Assembly: GCA_037379345.1 (NCBI GenBank)
Contig: CM074511.1
Location: 12,524,001-12,588,000 of the forward strand
From: Perna viridis
Taxonomy: Eukaryota
Direction of reading: 5' to 3'
Length of the DNA stretch: 64,000 bases
The first letter of the stretch is position 1. The number at the start of each line of letters is the position of its first letter. Positions 1 to 13,446 of the stretch are shown one piece after another. The translations under genes were made by a program, and so were the position numbers. The notes below the pieces were generated by a model, which worked only from the letters and a program-made list of their open reading frames with translations, had not been told where the DNA came from and searched no databases.

Positions 1-1902
1 GTAACTCTAGAACATGAAACTCTTAAGTCAGGTGGTTTAATCATCTGAGTCACAATGACCAGGAGGATTGTAGTGACATGGAACTCAGGAGAAAGCAAGC
101 TTCATTTAGAAAATGTATCATGAAAGCAAATAACTCATCAAGCCAGGAACTGAACAAAACACCTGAGCCCCGTAATTTAAATTTATCCTAATTATATATT
201 GTGACATATAAACTGCCTGAGTTAACATTTGATATCCCTGGGGAGAAGGCTGTGTTGACAGATATGTGTCCTGTTCACATGTTACATTTAGATCAGTTCA
301 TAGCATTAAAAATCCATTCAAACACCATGTTTTTTTTGTTTTTTTTTAATATTTTTTTTGGTTAAATCTATGATCTACAGCAAGAGAAAAATCAATGCCA
401 CAATATAAAATGAGTTTTTTATAAACCTGAGTAATTGAATTTATTTTTTTTATTATTGGAAGTCTATACAAGCTTCTTAATGTATGTTAAGACATCTACC
501 ATACATCAGTATAGTAATCGTTTCGTTTCGTGACAGTAAAAACAGATGGTTTTGGAAAATGTTCCAAAGCTTTATTCCTTTACCATACCATTCTATTTAG
601 TTATCCAAGGTTAATAGCCTATGATTTAATTATTTTGTCAAGTATTTTTTTTTAGGGTAGGAAAGTTGTAAGCATTAAAAATGTCCTAGGTTTTAGTATG
701 GGATTAATAAGTTCCAATGATGAAACATAACCTGTTACAGATAGTAAATCATCTGTGTCAAGTTTTTAATCAACTGCATGCTGAGCAGATTACTTTTAAT
801 GCAGTATTTTTTATACAAATAAACACACTCTTGATCAGATCGGTAGACATAAGCTGATGATGGTAATTTCTAGCAGTATCAAGAGCATATACTGACACAT
901 GAAAATCTAGAAAATTGGAAAACAGTACCATATAGACCAGTTTTCCAAGAAAAAATAAAACAAAAGAGATAACCATCTTTCATTACACAACAAATAATCA
1001 GCAATGCTCAGTCATACAAAACCATTCTGTAAAATCTAATCAAGATCTATCACACATTGTAACTGTCTTATGGGATTTGAATACATTTTAATGTTCCCAT
1101 TATAACTATTCTGAAAATGATTTGTTTAAAGAAGCAGGAAGAAGAGAACGCTCTGACACCAATTTGTTTGCAGTTCACACCTAATTTCGACTATAAAGCT
1201 ACACTGTCAATAATCTTAATGTTAAAATGTAAATGACACTTAAACATCAGTTGTCTGAGTAGTTTTGACATGAAAGTCTTTAAAAGAAAAACAAACTCTC
1301 ACACATGATGCTAATATAACACTATCAATGCCAGATTAAAATTGGGCTAGAAAAAGAATTGGGAATCTTCTTATAACTGTTTTCTCGACAGCTTGTTAAG
1401 ATGAATATATTGGTGACTAAAAATTTCTTACCAGATATTTCAAACATAACAATTCTGAAACTAAAACTTGTCAGTCACATCATCATATATTTAATAATTT
1501 TAATTCACATTCATATGATAAATTTTACATCATTAAATTACTTTACAATATAAGGTATGTATTAAGCCTGTTACCATAAGTTTCTTACGATCATATCTGT
1601 GGATATGGAGATCTTTTACATCTGAAATACAAAAGTACACCCTAGGGTGTAGCAGAAGGGTGTGCAGGGTACTGAAAGTGTAAAAGAATTTCCATTATCT
1701 AGGATATGAATGTATGTAACTAATTTATCATTGATATTAGCCTATTAATGTCTATTTTACACTCAGAGATCCAAAGTGAAGCAACATAAAAGCAACTTTT
1801 TTTTACATGAATTTTGATATTATTACAAATTTGAGAAAATTGAGTAATCTTTACTCAAGTGTAGGGATCTACCTTTGGTATGTTGATGATACAATGTTCA
1901 TA

Positions 1903-2422
1903 ACTTACCTCAAACTTGACAATATCAGGCTCATATCTAACCTGATACTTTACAATATCAGGCTCATATTTTACCTGATATTTTACAATATCAGGCTCAT
2001 ATCTTATCTGATACTTTACAATATCAAGCCCACATCTTACCTGATACTGTTAAATATCAGGCTCATATCTTACATGATACTTTACAATATCGGCTCATAT
2101 CTTACCTGATACTTGATAATATGAGGCCTATATCTTACCTGATATGTTACAATAGCAGGCCCATATCTAACTTGATACTTTACAATACTAAGCCAACATC
2201 TAACTTGATACTTTACAATATTAAGCCAACATCTTACCTGATACTTTAAATATCAGACCCATATCTACCTGAAACTTACAATATCATGTCGTATCTTACC
2301 ACATACTTTACAATATCAGGCTCACATCTGACCTGTTACTTAACAACAGCAGGTACATATCTAACCTGATACTTTACAATATCAAGTTTATATCCTACCT
2401 GATACTTTAAATATTAGGCTGA
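1903..2422. repeat. 33-bp minisatellite, ~15-16 copies
   Basis: Unit caatatcaggctcatatcttacctgatacttta with an internal inverted pair tatcagg/cctgata. Confidence 0.95.
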
Positions 2423-2662
2423 CATGTTCTTATAATGCTGTAACTATACAAGGAATTATCCAGTCAAAAACATTCTACCGGTTTATCTTAGGATTACACT
2501 TTTATAAATTATAATACATTGCCAGATCTACAACAATAAAGTACAGCCAATAATCTGTCTAAGCATTCTCTGACCAGTTAATGACATAAACTAAATAACC
2601 AGTTTATCAAGTTGACAATCTGATAAAAACATCTTTAGTCTTAGGTCAAAATCAATTTATAA

Positions 2663-2743
2663 CGGAAGATCCGTTTTATGGGAGAAAATTCAAGCTTAAG
2701 GCGGAAGATCCATTTTATGGGAGAAAATTCAAGCTTAAGGCGG
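2663..2743. repeat. 39-bp tandem duplication
   Basis: cggaagatccRttttatgggagaaaattcaagcttaagg twice, one mismatch. Confidence 0.95.
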
Positions 2744-3014
2744 TGACCCCTTTATGTCTGTCACAAGTTTTATATAGAAATTGTGATTATAGGAAGATTT
2801 ACATTCTCTTTGTTGATATCATAATTACACCAGCCTAGAATATGTCAAGGAGTTAAAAAGATCTATTAAAATGAGAGACAAATGTTTAACAAACCTTTCT
2901 GTATTTATCTCACTAAGAATAGGAAAGAGATTGCACACAGTTGCAAGTGTAAAATATATTTGAGAGTTTAGACATCACAGAGAAAAACATATTGTGACAT
3001 CAAAAGTTTTGATA

Positions 3015-3219
3015 TACTATGAAAGTATTATTATTCGTGGGGTGCTAATATTCATTGTTTTCATAGGTAGACCAAACCACAAAATTTGGTTCCCAACGAA
3101 AAGAACATTCTCATTGATGGGTAATCTGAAAACATAAAACCCATGAATTCAAGAATCCACAAACTTTCTTACATAATCCAGAAAAATTGGTATCCACGAA
3201 TTAAAGTGCTTTCACAGTA
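3015..3219. mobile_element. ~200-bp MITE, TA-flanked
   Basis: Imperfect ~35-bp TIRs: tactatgaaagtattattattcgtggggtgctaat versus attggtatccacgaattaaagtgctttcacagta. Confidence 0.75.
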
Positions 3220-6200
3220 TTTTACTTTGACTTCGACCTCAACAAGTTGTTCTCCATCTTACTCTTGTTTTGCTGATTTTTTTCAACTGTTTCTTCCAGA
3301 TACCAAGTAGCCATCCTTGTCTTCTTTTCACTTAACGGTTACAATCAAGTGCTGAGTATGTCTAGTTCAACTACTTGATGATTTTCTGTAGGTATGGCCA
3401 ATTTATGGCAATGTCTGTTTCATTATTTGCTGTTCTGTTTTCTCTACGTATTGTCAATTTGGTGAAACTGAATTCATATATATATATATGTTTCCAGGTT
3501 TGGCCATTGATCTTTACTGTCTATTTTTCCAGGACAAAAACAATACATACGTGTCATGTAGATTAGTTTTGAAAACCTAAACAAGGTTATAGTCATGTCA
3601 CTAGTCTGAATGTTTTGCATCCACAGAAAAACACTGATATCATATAGTATTAAATATTTTTATTTCTGTGTTTTCTCTTAGGACATTTGATTTTACCTGG
3701 CTTTGACACAGCAAAGGCTTAACCAAGGCCCAGTTTTATAAAACATCTAAATCTGAGGAAATTCTGATTTTTTTTTTATGAAATCCAGGCCAGGTTTATT
3801 TATTCTAGTTTTCATGTCCTCATCAGCTCTACAAATTTTACACTTACAACTCTTGGTGAAACTGTATTCATGTATTTATACTTAAAAGTAGGTCTACATG
3901 ACCATAGCTAAGTCCACAAATTACCCCACCACTTAGCAAAAGTGACAGTTATAAAAGTTCCACTTGGTATCTTGAATCAAGAAAGTAACTGCATTTTCAT
4001 GTACATTTCCATCAATCTGAAGTTAGCAAGGGAATTAAATATATATACGAATATAAGAATATACTTTAATGAAATAAATGTAAAATATTTTCCTAAAGCC
4101 TTTGTTCTTTAATGTAGGATTACCTTTCTCAATATTAAAATGAAATTTCATCATGACATTAATACATTTCTTTCATATCTAGAGACAGAATCGGGATAAA
4201 AAGAATAGCTTAAAGAGGCATCACTGATAAGAGCATTAGGACTTAAGGCCTTTCAAAAAGGATATAAGACTTTACTGTAACCTGCGTCAAGGAAGACAGA
4301 AATATGGCTTCCTTCATTTGAGAAGATATTTTAATAGACTAAAATTCCTCCTTGATGTCATAAAAACAATTCTTGCCCTTAGTGTCTTAGAAATCAGCTT
4401 TACTTGTTATTTTACTCAGTACAAAAAGGCAACAATTGTAACATAATGACATGAAGTGACAAGTTTTATAGCATTGTCTTTAGCAATGGTAGTATATATG
4501 TCATGTTTGTCCAATGAAAAAAATCTCTCAAGCTTCAAGACAATGGTATATTAAGAAAGAATTATAATTTTAGAAGCTCTGTTATAGTTTCTTTAAAGGT
4601 AAGGGAAAGTACATGGACAAACTTGAAACAAGACTTTTTTCTTGTTTAAAAGTTTAAATTTGAGTTTAGAACAAAGACCCTTTTGGACATGTAGAACAAT
4701 CTTCCGTTATTTTTTAAACATCAGACATTTTTTTAATAAATAAAATGTCTGATCTGGATGAAAAATATCAGACATCTGCCAAATCATCCCAGCAAATCTT
4801 CCATAACAAAATTATCACCAAACATTAATGAGTTGGTCTATCCAATGACCACAAAAACTATTCTAGTCTAAATTTCTAATATCTTCATCATTTACTCAGT
4901 AATTTGAATACAAAAGATAGGCCATTATATTCCACTGTCTGAGCACCTAGCAATAATGACACATCCAGCTATAATCACAGTCATTATACTGGTAAAATCA
5001 TGTCCAATTTGGTCCTATAAGGTTTTCTTGAGATTATACTAACTACCTATGAATATTTCACCGTGTATAATTTAATAAAGAACTCTGATATCATATGAAG
5101 TTAGGATGATCTAGCAATTAATCTTTAAAACACATTTCATAAATAAAATAAAACCTGCACTGTCAAGGCAAAAGCCAAGGATATAAATACATTACCTTAA
5201 ATAATTCTTTTAAAGTAGGAAATATCTTAAATTATTATAGTGAGTAAGATAATTAACTTCAGGGAATAGAGTAAGAAATTTAAACTATCTATCAAACATA
5301 TATTAGATATGAAATAATAGAAAGTTGAAAATTTCCTTGCTGATTGTCCAGTCAACCAACTAAAACAATGCATCAAGTAATTGTCATTCAATATAGGGGA
5401 GGACCAACTCTATTACCTGAAGTCAACTATGTTATTTGCTGTAAGAAATTTACCATACTTTGAGGTGTATTTTATAACAACCTTAATCTTTATTCCTATT
5501 TTATTGATCAGAATCAAGAATCATCTAAGCTACTCATGCAGACCTCAGGTAAATAGAATTCACATGTAGGTGCACTTTAATAATTTAATTTACAAATATA
5601 TCAAAACAACATGTTACAGTGTTTGGGTATATTTCCCTGTATTCCAGGCAAAATTTGGTTTACTGCAAGTAAATTTCCTAATAAAAAAAGCTGTATTAAA
5701 TATCATAAATCTAAATACAAAAAGAGAAACTGTCTATCTATCCAAATGTCACAAACCTCTCATGGCAAATAAAAAAGAAGTGATTTTGTCTACTAGGAGT
5801 TGATGTTATAATATTTTGACAGAACATAAAGCCATTATTGATGATACACAGAAGTTCAAACACGCCTACTTTTAGTACTGAGCCACTTCAAAGCACTTTA
5901 TGCACTGAACACCTACATGTAATCTTTGCCAACCAAACATGCAACTTTTCATACTTTAATATCAAAACCTTATACTTTCTTCTACTTTTTCTAGAATAGT
6001 TAACCTGGTATTTAAATAAACACCTTTAAGGGAATAGCATGCAAATGAAACATTTTTTTGACAAAACTGTATAACAATAAATTACGTTCTTTAAAACTTT
6101 AATGCTGCCAGAACTTATTCATTGGCCTGTAAAGGTCTGAGAGTCACTGCTGGATATCCTCTATAATTGCAACATTTTCCAATTATGTCAATGGGCAATA

Positions 6201-9200
6201 TAACACAAGTTAAATCAATTGCTGATTACCATATAGCCTCCTTTGAAATTCATCCAGCCTACATAATTTTATTTTTTCAGAATCTGTATCTTTTATATAA
6301 AACAAAATGTAGAAAACTCTTTTATTCTTATATTTCACAAGTTCTTTCATTGAAAATTGTTCTTAGATGGTCAGTACTCCTAGCATTATTGAAGTCTTTA
6401 TTTAACTGTAAGATTAAAAATTATTGATTTTTTTTATTGCCAAAAAAAAAAAAAAATATAAAGACTTTCAATTGCAAAATGCAAATTGCAATATTGCTTG
6501 AATGTAATGTTCTTGAAGTTGCAAATATTTTACCTTTAAACTTCAATACTCAAAACACAAAACAAACACAAGTACATATTATACCAGTTCCTGAAACTCT
6601 TTTAAATTTCTAGTTTCTATAAATACATTGTAAATAAAAACAGTTATTGCAGACCGAAGACTTGAAGAGCATCAGTTCTTAATCTCTCAGATCTTATTCT
6701 TCTTATCATCTTTCAACATAACATTTCCCAGGAAATCAGGATGAACATATCCCATTTCTCAGGAAATCAGGACGCCATTTAGACAAGGAAAAAGGCATAA
6801 AAACTTTAATGAAGAAATTTCTTGAAACATCATCTGACAAGAGGTAAAAATAAAACTTATTCCATCAGAAGTTAATGAACCTATCCCAGGAAAACACAAT
6901 ATGTCAGAAGTCAGTTCTACAGTTTTACTAAGTCAACAGTCTTCCTCAGGTAGAAAAGTACTTCAAATTGCTTAATTATCTTCCTGGTTTGTAATGCTTG
7001 ATCTAGAAAATCAGACAATCACCTGTTGTCTTTCAATGAATAACATTGCAAAATAAAATTTCTCAAAATGTAGGTTAGTTGCTCAAAGCTTGATATGATA
7101 TTTATTACACAAATGACTTAACAAAAATTGTTTATTGAATAAAATTTCACAGGATTATCTGGACAATTGGGTAGAAAACCTAAACTTTCTATCAAATACA
7201 GATTAAAATACCAATGGAGTAATAAAGAGAGTCAAAACCTTCTTGGTGTCATTATAACTACCTAGGGAACTTCATCAGGTAATACCCATTCAAACAAGAG
7301 AAAACTTTATTCCATGAAGTTATCTATTTCTTGTGCTATAAAATAATTACATGGCCAAAACACAAGTCAAATATGATAGGCATGCAATAAGTCAAAATGT
7401 AGGTCACACAGGCAGGAACAAGAACAAGCAGTTCCAAAGAGCATGACTTGCTGACCTGGAAAATTTGAATGAAGTGGTTGTACCATTTGATCCAGTGGGA
7501 TAAAAGGAACATCCTTTAAAGAGGTCCGTTTCTGTACATCATTCCTGTACAGAAAGTATGTCCTTTGATGAGGGTACTGAGGTCAATAACCCTATCAAAT
7601 TTCAGGGCATTGGAACCTGTAGTAATAGTTGATCATCAAAATTTGCCAGGCAAATGCTTGCATAGCATCTGGCAGAAGAAGAATCAAAATTGTAATAGGA
7701 GGTCTCCCTTTGTTATCATTTCGTCAAGTTTTGGGTACCACTGGCTCAGTGTAAGCAGACATATAAGCCAAAATGTCAATGACAATAGTGAGTAGCTGCA
7801 GCCACCAAAAGTGGATAATTTGAAGAGGGTACTGAATGCAAACACTCTTCTAAGTTTTAAAACATTGGCACATGTGGTTTCAGAAGAGTTGATCTTTGAA
7901 AATTGGCCAATCAAAAACTGAGAAAACCGCTAGCAACCTTCCTGTTAGGTGGAATGGAACTTAAAGTGGGATGTATCAGGTCTGCCAAGTTTGGTTAAAG
8001 TTTGTTCATTTTTTCTTGAAATTGAGCAACATGGGAAAAATTAATGAACAACAGATCATAAACTCACTTGGAACCAGGTATTAAAGACAAAAAAATAATG
8101 AATTCTCCTATTATAAGCACATCATTATATGTCATGAATTCTACCTCCCTATGACATCTTCTTCATAGGCCCATAAACAGATTCACAGTATGGTGTTCCT
8201 TAATTGGTCTCAGATAACCAAGTAGACACAGTAGCTTGAAGCTGGAATTCAAACAAAGTCAGTTCTGAGATCATTATATGAGGAAGTTATTATCATTATT
8301 TCTATGAAAATTCAATAACTTAAATTTGATTGCTTTGCAGTTATAAGGTTCTTCACATGTACGCCCAGTTGCATAGTAGAGAAATCCTCTAGTTCTAAAC
8401 ATATTAACTTCATTCAAAGAATAATGTTTATAGGTCTATAATGTTTGACAAGACTTGTTTTTGTATGATTCTTGTGGAGAATGACTTGTTCAATCAGATT
8501 ATATTTCAGTAAGCCATGACATTTATTAAGTCAGTTTAGATGATACATGATGGCAAGTTTCACACCATTCTGTCATGATACTCTCTCAATTTTCTACACT
8601 ATTGTATTATAGTCAGTCTTCAACTTAGCATATTTCAACACAAAAAAGCACCACCTTACAAAACATGTTATTCTGGATTATACTCAAATAAATAGGTGAA
8701 TATATTTAAGAATGTTTTCCAAATCAATTCCACAGCCCTACCTAGTTCAGACACCATACGTTATTTTCACATTTCTTGTCTCTCAATACTGTCTACACAT
8801 CCCATTGCAAAGTTAGATTTAAATCAATCAGACTGCCAAGCATCTTCTATATTGCTTCCTGTACATGGAGGATTTTCTTGGAAAATTCTTTTGTCATTCC
8901 GTCAGTCACAGTCATTGCATCATTTCTAAATAAAGAATTATGACAGTGCAGATTGATAAGTGATCAGAAACGCAGACAGAATGTAGACAGCTTAGTCAAA
9001 AACTATTTCATTTAGAATTACCATCAAAGGTACTAGAAGTCTGCTGACTTGTAGTAATTGTGACCAACGCCAATGGAACAAAAAAAATTAAAATATCCTG
9101 CTAAAAATTGACAAGTAACAATGATTGTGGCACAATGATATAGACCTATCCTGCCACAGAATGACAAGTAAGGATGAACTATTGAATGTAAAATAAAAGA

Positions 9201-12198
9201 CTGGTTCAATAACTACCTCTTTTATATGACCTCGACTATATTGCAAATAGAACTTTAAACAAACTGAATTAAGAACAATGCCATCACAATCAGTAAGCAT
9301 TTACTGTCTAAAGTTTCAAGCTAAACTGGTCCTAAATTAGTTTGTTTTTTGTTTGTTTTTATTTTGGCTTACACACGATTTAGCAGGGATTTTCTGTTTT
9401 TTTTTTGTTTTGCTTTGTTGTCAATGCAAAAGGAAAGTAAATGGAAACAAGGAAAGACAACTTGCATAAACGTAAAATGCAACTTATATTGTAATGGCTC
9501 ATTAGATAAAACGTCAGAGTCCACATCTGATTGTCCATTATTTTAGGCACTTTCAAAGAAAATGTTCAAAGTTCTATGCTACAGTTGTATTAAGATAGAG
9601 AATAGAAGACTTCTTGCTGTCATTCTTAAATTGACATGTGGTCAGTAGATTAAATTTACATCCACTAAATTCATGCTTTACACTTCCAAATAATCTCCTA
9701 TTGCATTATTTGAAAGTTTTAAGCAATAATAATTAGATGAACACTTTTATAAAGGGAAAAATATTGGCACCATTGAAAAATATATGTAATTTGGTATCCC
9801 CATGAAAGTTACTATGTAAAATATGGAAGCTTGCAACGACCATGACCAACTTAGTTAACCAGGTTAGACAAAATGTTTTGACGGCTTCTTTTTCTATGAC
9901 TTAATTTTTAACTAATCTTTACAACAACAAAATTTATGTTGTGGAAAAGCAAATTAAAGTAATTGAGCAAATAATTGAAAATTTTTCCACCATGATCAAC
10001 TTGTCAATATGCATATTTCAATTTGTGTTTTATGTTGCAATTTTTGTTTGAAATACAGTTTCATTGAAATAGTTCCTTTTGTAACACAACCTTAAAATTA
10101 AGCAAGCACACAGCGGAATACTAATAGAAACTAAATCAGGCTCATGGCAGAATACAGATAGGAATTGAAGTTACAAGTAATTTTATCAGCTAGTGTTTCA
10201 TAGCTTTCACAATCAGTCTCTAGAGAAGGTGCTTCCTGGAAAGACAAAATCTTGACAAATTTAATTGGTATATGGACATTCAGTCTGATATAACTTTGTA
10301 GTAGTTAGACCAAATGCAACAAACAATTATGTCCCCTCATCTTATAGAGCTTTGAAGACATCCTTTCAACAAGTCATCTATATTTTGTACTTTTGTGTTT
10401 TTGGATATCAGAAGTAAATAGGTTTGTTAGGAAAGCCTTCTACATGTAAGTATCTTTTTTCTTTACATGTAAGAATTCACAAGTATTTATTTTATTGTTT
10501 TCTACATGATCAATCTATGTTAGGTAGAATAAACTGCTCCAATAAAGTTAATCACACACATAAATCCCATTATCATTGGTATACAAAATCCTATATATAA
10601 ATAATACATAGAAGAAATGTCTCCATAGGACATAGATGCCCTCACCATTCTTAAAAATCAAAGGAACATTACACAAAAACTGGAACCAGCACTAAACCAA
10701 AAGTCTCCCACATGATCAATAATGCTAAAGATTTAGACTAAAGTTTGAAAGCATTCAACATCTCATGAAGGTATGCGGAGATATTAGTAATGAAAAATTA
10801 AAAAAAAACTCTTCAAAAACAACAAAAAACAAAAAAGTTGTTGCCAAAACCAAGCTCAAAAGATTACATATGGTACAACCCATCAAACTGAAGCTGCATA
10901 CCAAATTTCAAATTGTTCACATGAAGTGTTGCTGAGCTTTTTGCATCAAAATGGGACTAGACATGTATAGGTATAGGAATCAGAACAGAGAAATGGGGGG
11001 GGGGGGGGTCAAAACATCACATCACATCACTGTATCTATTTTTTCTGATGAATGTGACCTTAACAGCATGGAAAAAAAGCTCCTAGACCATATTAATATC
11101 AAACCTGAGGCAAGGAAGACAAACAGAGAACCAGACAAATTCTCAACAAATATATATTTTTTTATGTCTCAAACTTAATATATAGAGCCTTGAAATATCT
11201 AGGTCTTACTTCCTATTGGTATTTCTTACAGATGTTACCAATCAAACTTTGCCAATTGTTATACATACATAATAGTAAATCATTTTGTTGCCAGACACAA
11301 GCTAATTCTGTAGGACTATCTCACAAAGCCAGATCATGGTGTCAACTTAAGTATTATGTCTATATAAGATGCCAAGGTATTGAACTTTATTTTTAACATT
11401 TAAGGACATTCACACTACATTAATTGATAAAACATAATTAATTGATAAATATAAATGAAGATATTAATTATCAAATGATTAAAAATATAACTGTTGCCAA
11501 CATCAAAAGAGAAATATTACCACAAAATAAATCAAACATACAACTGACTGTTCATTCAAATATCAAAGATCGCATTGATTGAAAAGAAGACAGCAAATGC
11601 AAGCCAAAACTCTGAATAAAATCAATCATTTAGAAAAGAAATTTCAATTAAATTTGATACAAAAAATTGATTCTGTATCAGTAATTACCAGATAGTCAAT
11701 AAATAAATTATGTACAGATAAATCAAATTTTACCCTAATGAAATAAAATATGCTAATCAAAAAATTTCCCTGCAGGGAGAGAAGAAATAGAACTCCTACT
11801 CATATCTAACACATTAAAATTCAATTTCATCAAAATATTTCCTAGAGCATGTCTGGTAAATGTCCATAAATAAACTGTAACACATGCCCAATACAGTAAA
11901 TATACTATAAAGATTAGACTTTAATGCAAGTTGTGTCCCTTTAATTTTACCTTTTTTTTCTCCCATCAAATAAATGTATCATAGCAAAACATACATGTTT
12001 TCAATGTTTTGGTCCAAATAGGAATCAGGAATAGGCTGCTATTGTGACAAGTAGGAGATATCAGATAAGACCATTTTTTGCTGCTAACCTTTACAAATGT
12101 GCTGTGTGTAGCTCTTTTGTTAAATGATAAATTTTCACACATAAAATATAAAGGTCTACAACTTTTACTAACACACTGTTTAAATGGTCAAATTGGTT

Positions 12199-12510
12199 CA
12201 ACAAGAAAAAACAAGGGGCATTAATGCTATATTAAGTGATACCTTGCTACATAATGGTGAAAAAAGGGGGATAGCAAAATGTTCAAAATAGCATAACTTT
12301 AAAACCACAATTTGGATTTCACTGACAAATGATCGTAACATGTAATTTATAGTACTCAACAACTGTGTGCAAAGTCATTGATCCATTCTGAAGTTATCAT
12401 CTAGAAACCATCGGGGGACAGGCAGACATATGAAAGGATGAACATGCAGCTTTTTGGAGGGTATCACTATCACATAATACCTCTCCACTTCAAAAGGCAA
12501 GGTATAAAAA
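12199..12510 (+). mobile_element. Degenerate HINE-like element
   Basis: aacaag start, decayed GGAC/AGAC run near 12416-12445 and terminal hairpin atacc...ggtat followed by an A run. Confidence 0.35.
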
Positions 12511-13368
12511 GGCTCTCTGTAGCATACACCCAGGAGTCACTTTTTGTGGAAAGTGTCTTTTCTATTTTTAATAAGCTCCAAGGTATATTTTCCCCAGAAC
12601 TGGTATTGGAGTTCAGTTCAAGACTTCTAAATGGGCCAAAATGCTATTGGACATTCCTTAGCTCATGGCTTACGTAACAACTTTAATATCACAGACAGCT
12701 CTCATTGTTTACACTACGTCAGTCACTTTGCTGAAGATTGACAGAAAAGAAAGTAGATCTTGTCAAGGATTACTAATCACCAAAGATTAATTAGTCAATC
12801 AACAACAAGGGCAATAACCCTGCATTGGGGAAGGTGACGATAACTTGATAATCAAATAGGTACTTCTTACTGATAATTACATAACATTGCTACATTTCTT
12901 GTATTTGTATGGTCAATACAACATCTTTTATGATAGTGTTTTGACTCTGTAAAATTTAAAGTGGGCGGCCTTTCAATGGCTTCTTGAGAGTTGTCTTTAT
13001 ACTTATAACATTCTTCTCAAAAGAATCCAAGTAGTAGCACACAATAACATATCTACAGCAATTAACATCAATGCCTGGAATTCATTTCACTGAAGGTCGT
13101 AAGTCCTAGGTTAGATGAGTTTTAGCACACTATAGCTCCCTCTCTTTGGATAACAAGTTATGACCAATCAACAAGCCAGAATACACTGACTGATTTAAAA
13201 CATTGCAAATATTCACCTCTGAATCTAAATCTGTGTCTTCACAATTTTTTCTGTCAAAAAGTACATATAACTGCAATTTGTGCCTGTGATATTAGCAAGG
13301 ACATTGATATTTTAAAGGATTTTCTTAATCAATGTAGTAACAGAATCCATCCACATCATCAAACTTAC

Positions 13369-13446
13369 CATCCTTGTAATCATCTCAATGATGGTCTTCT
13401 GTGTAGTCAATTGTCCTTTATAATCATACGGGGATTATGGCCAAAT
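13369..13446 (-). other. Candidate 78-nt antisense-strand exon, not open through any frame
   Basis: Minus strand reads tttgttttctttatgttttgcag|ATTTGG...AGGATG|gtaagt. All three frames contain stops. Confidence 0.5.

Noticed and set aside
7380-8040. Possible old interspersed repeat (also ~10610-11050 and ~31700-31860)
   Set aside because: It resembles the HINE-like family, but the ends and hallmarks are too decayed to support coordinates.
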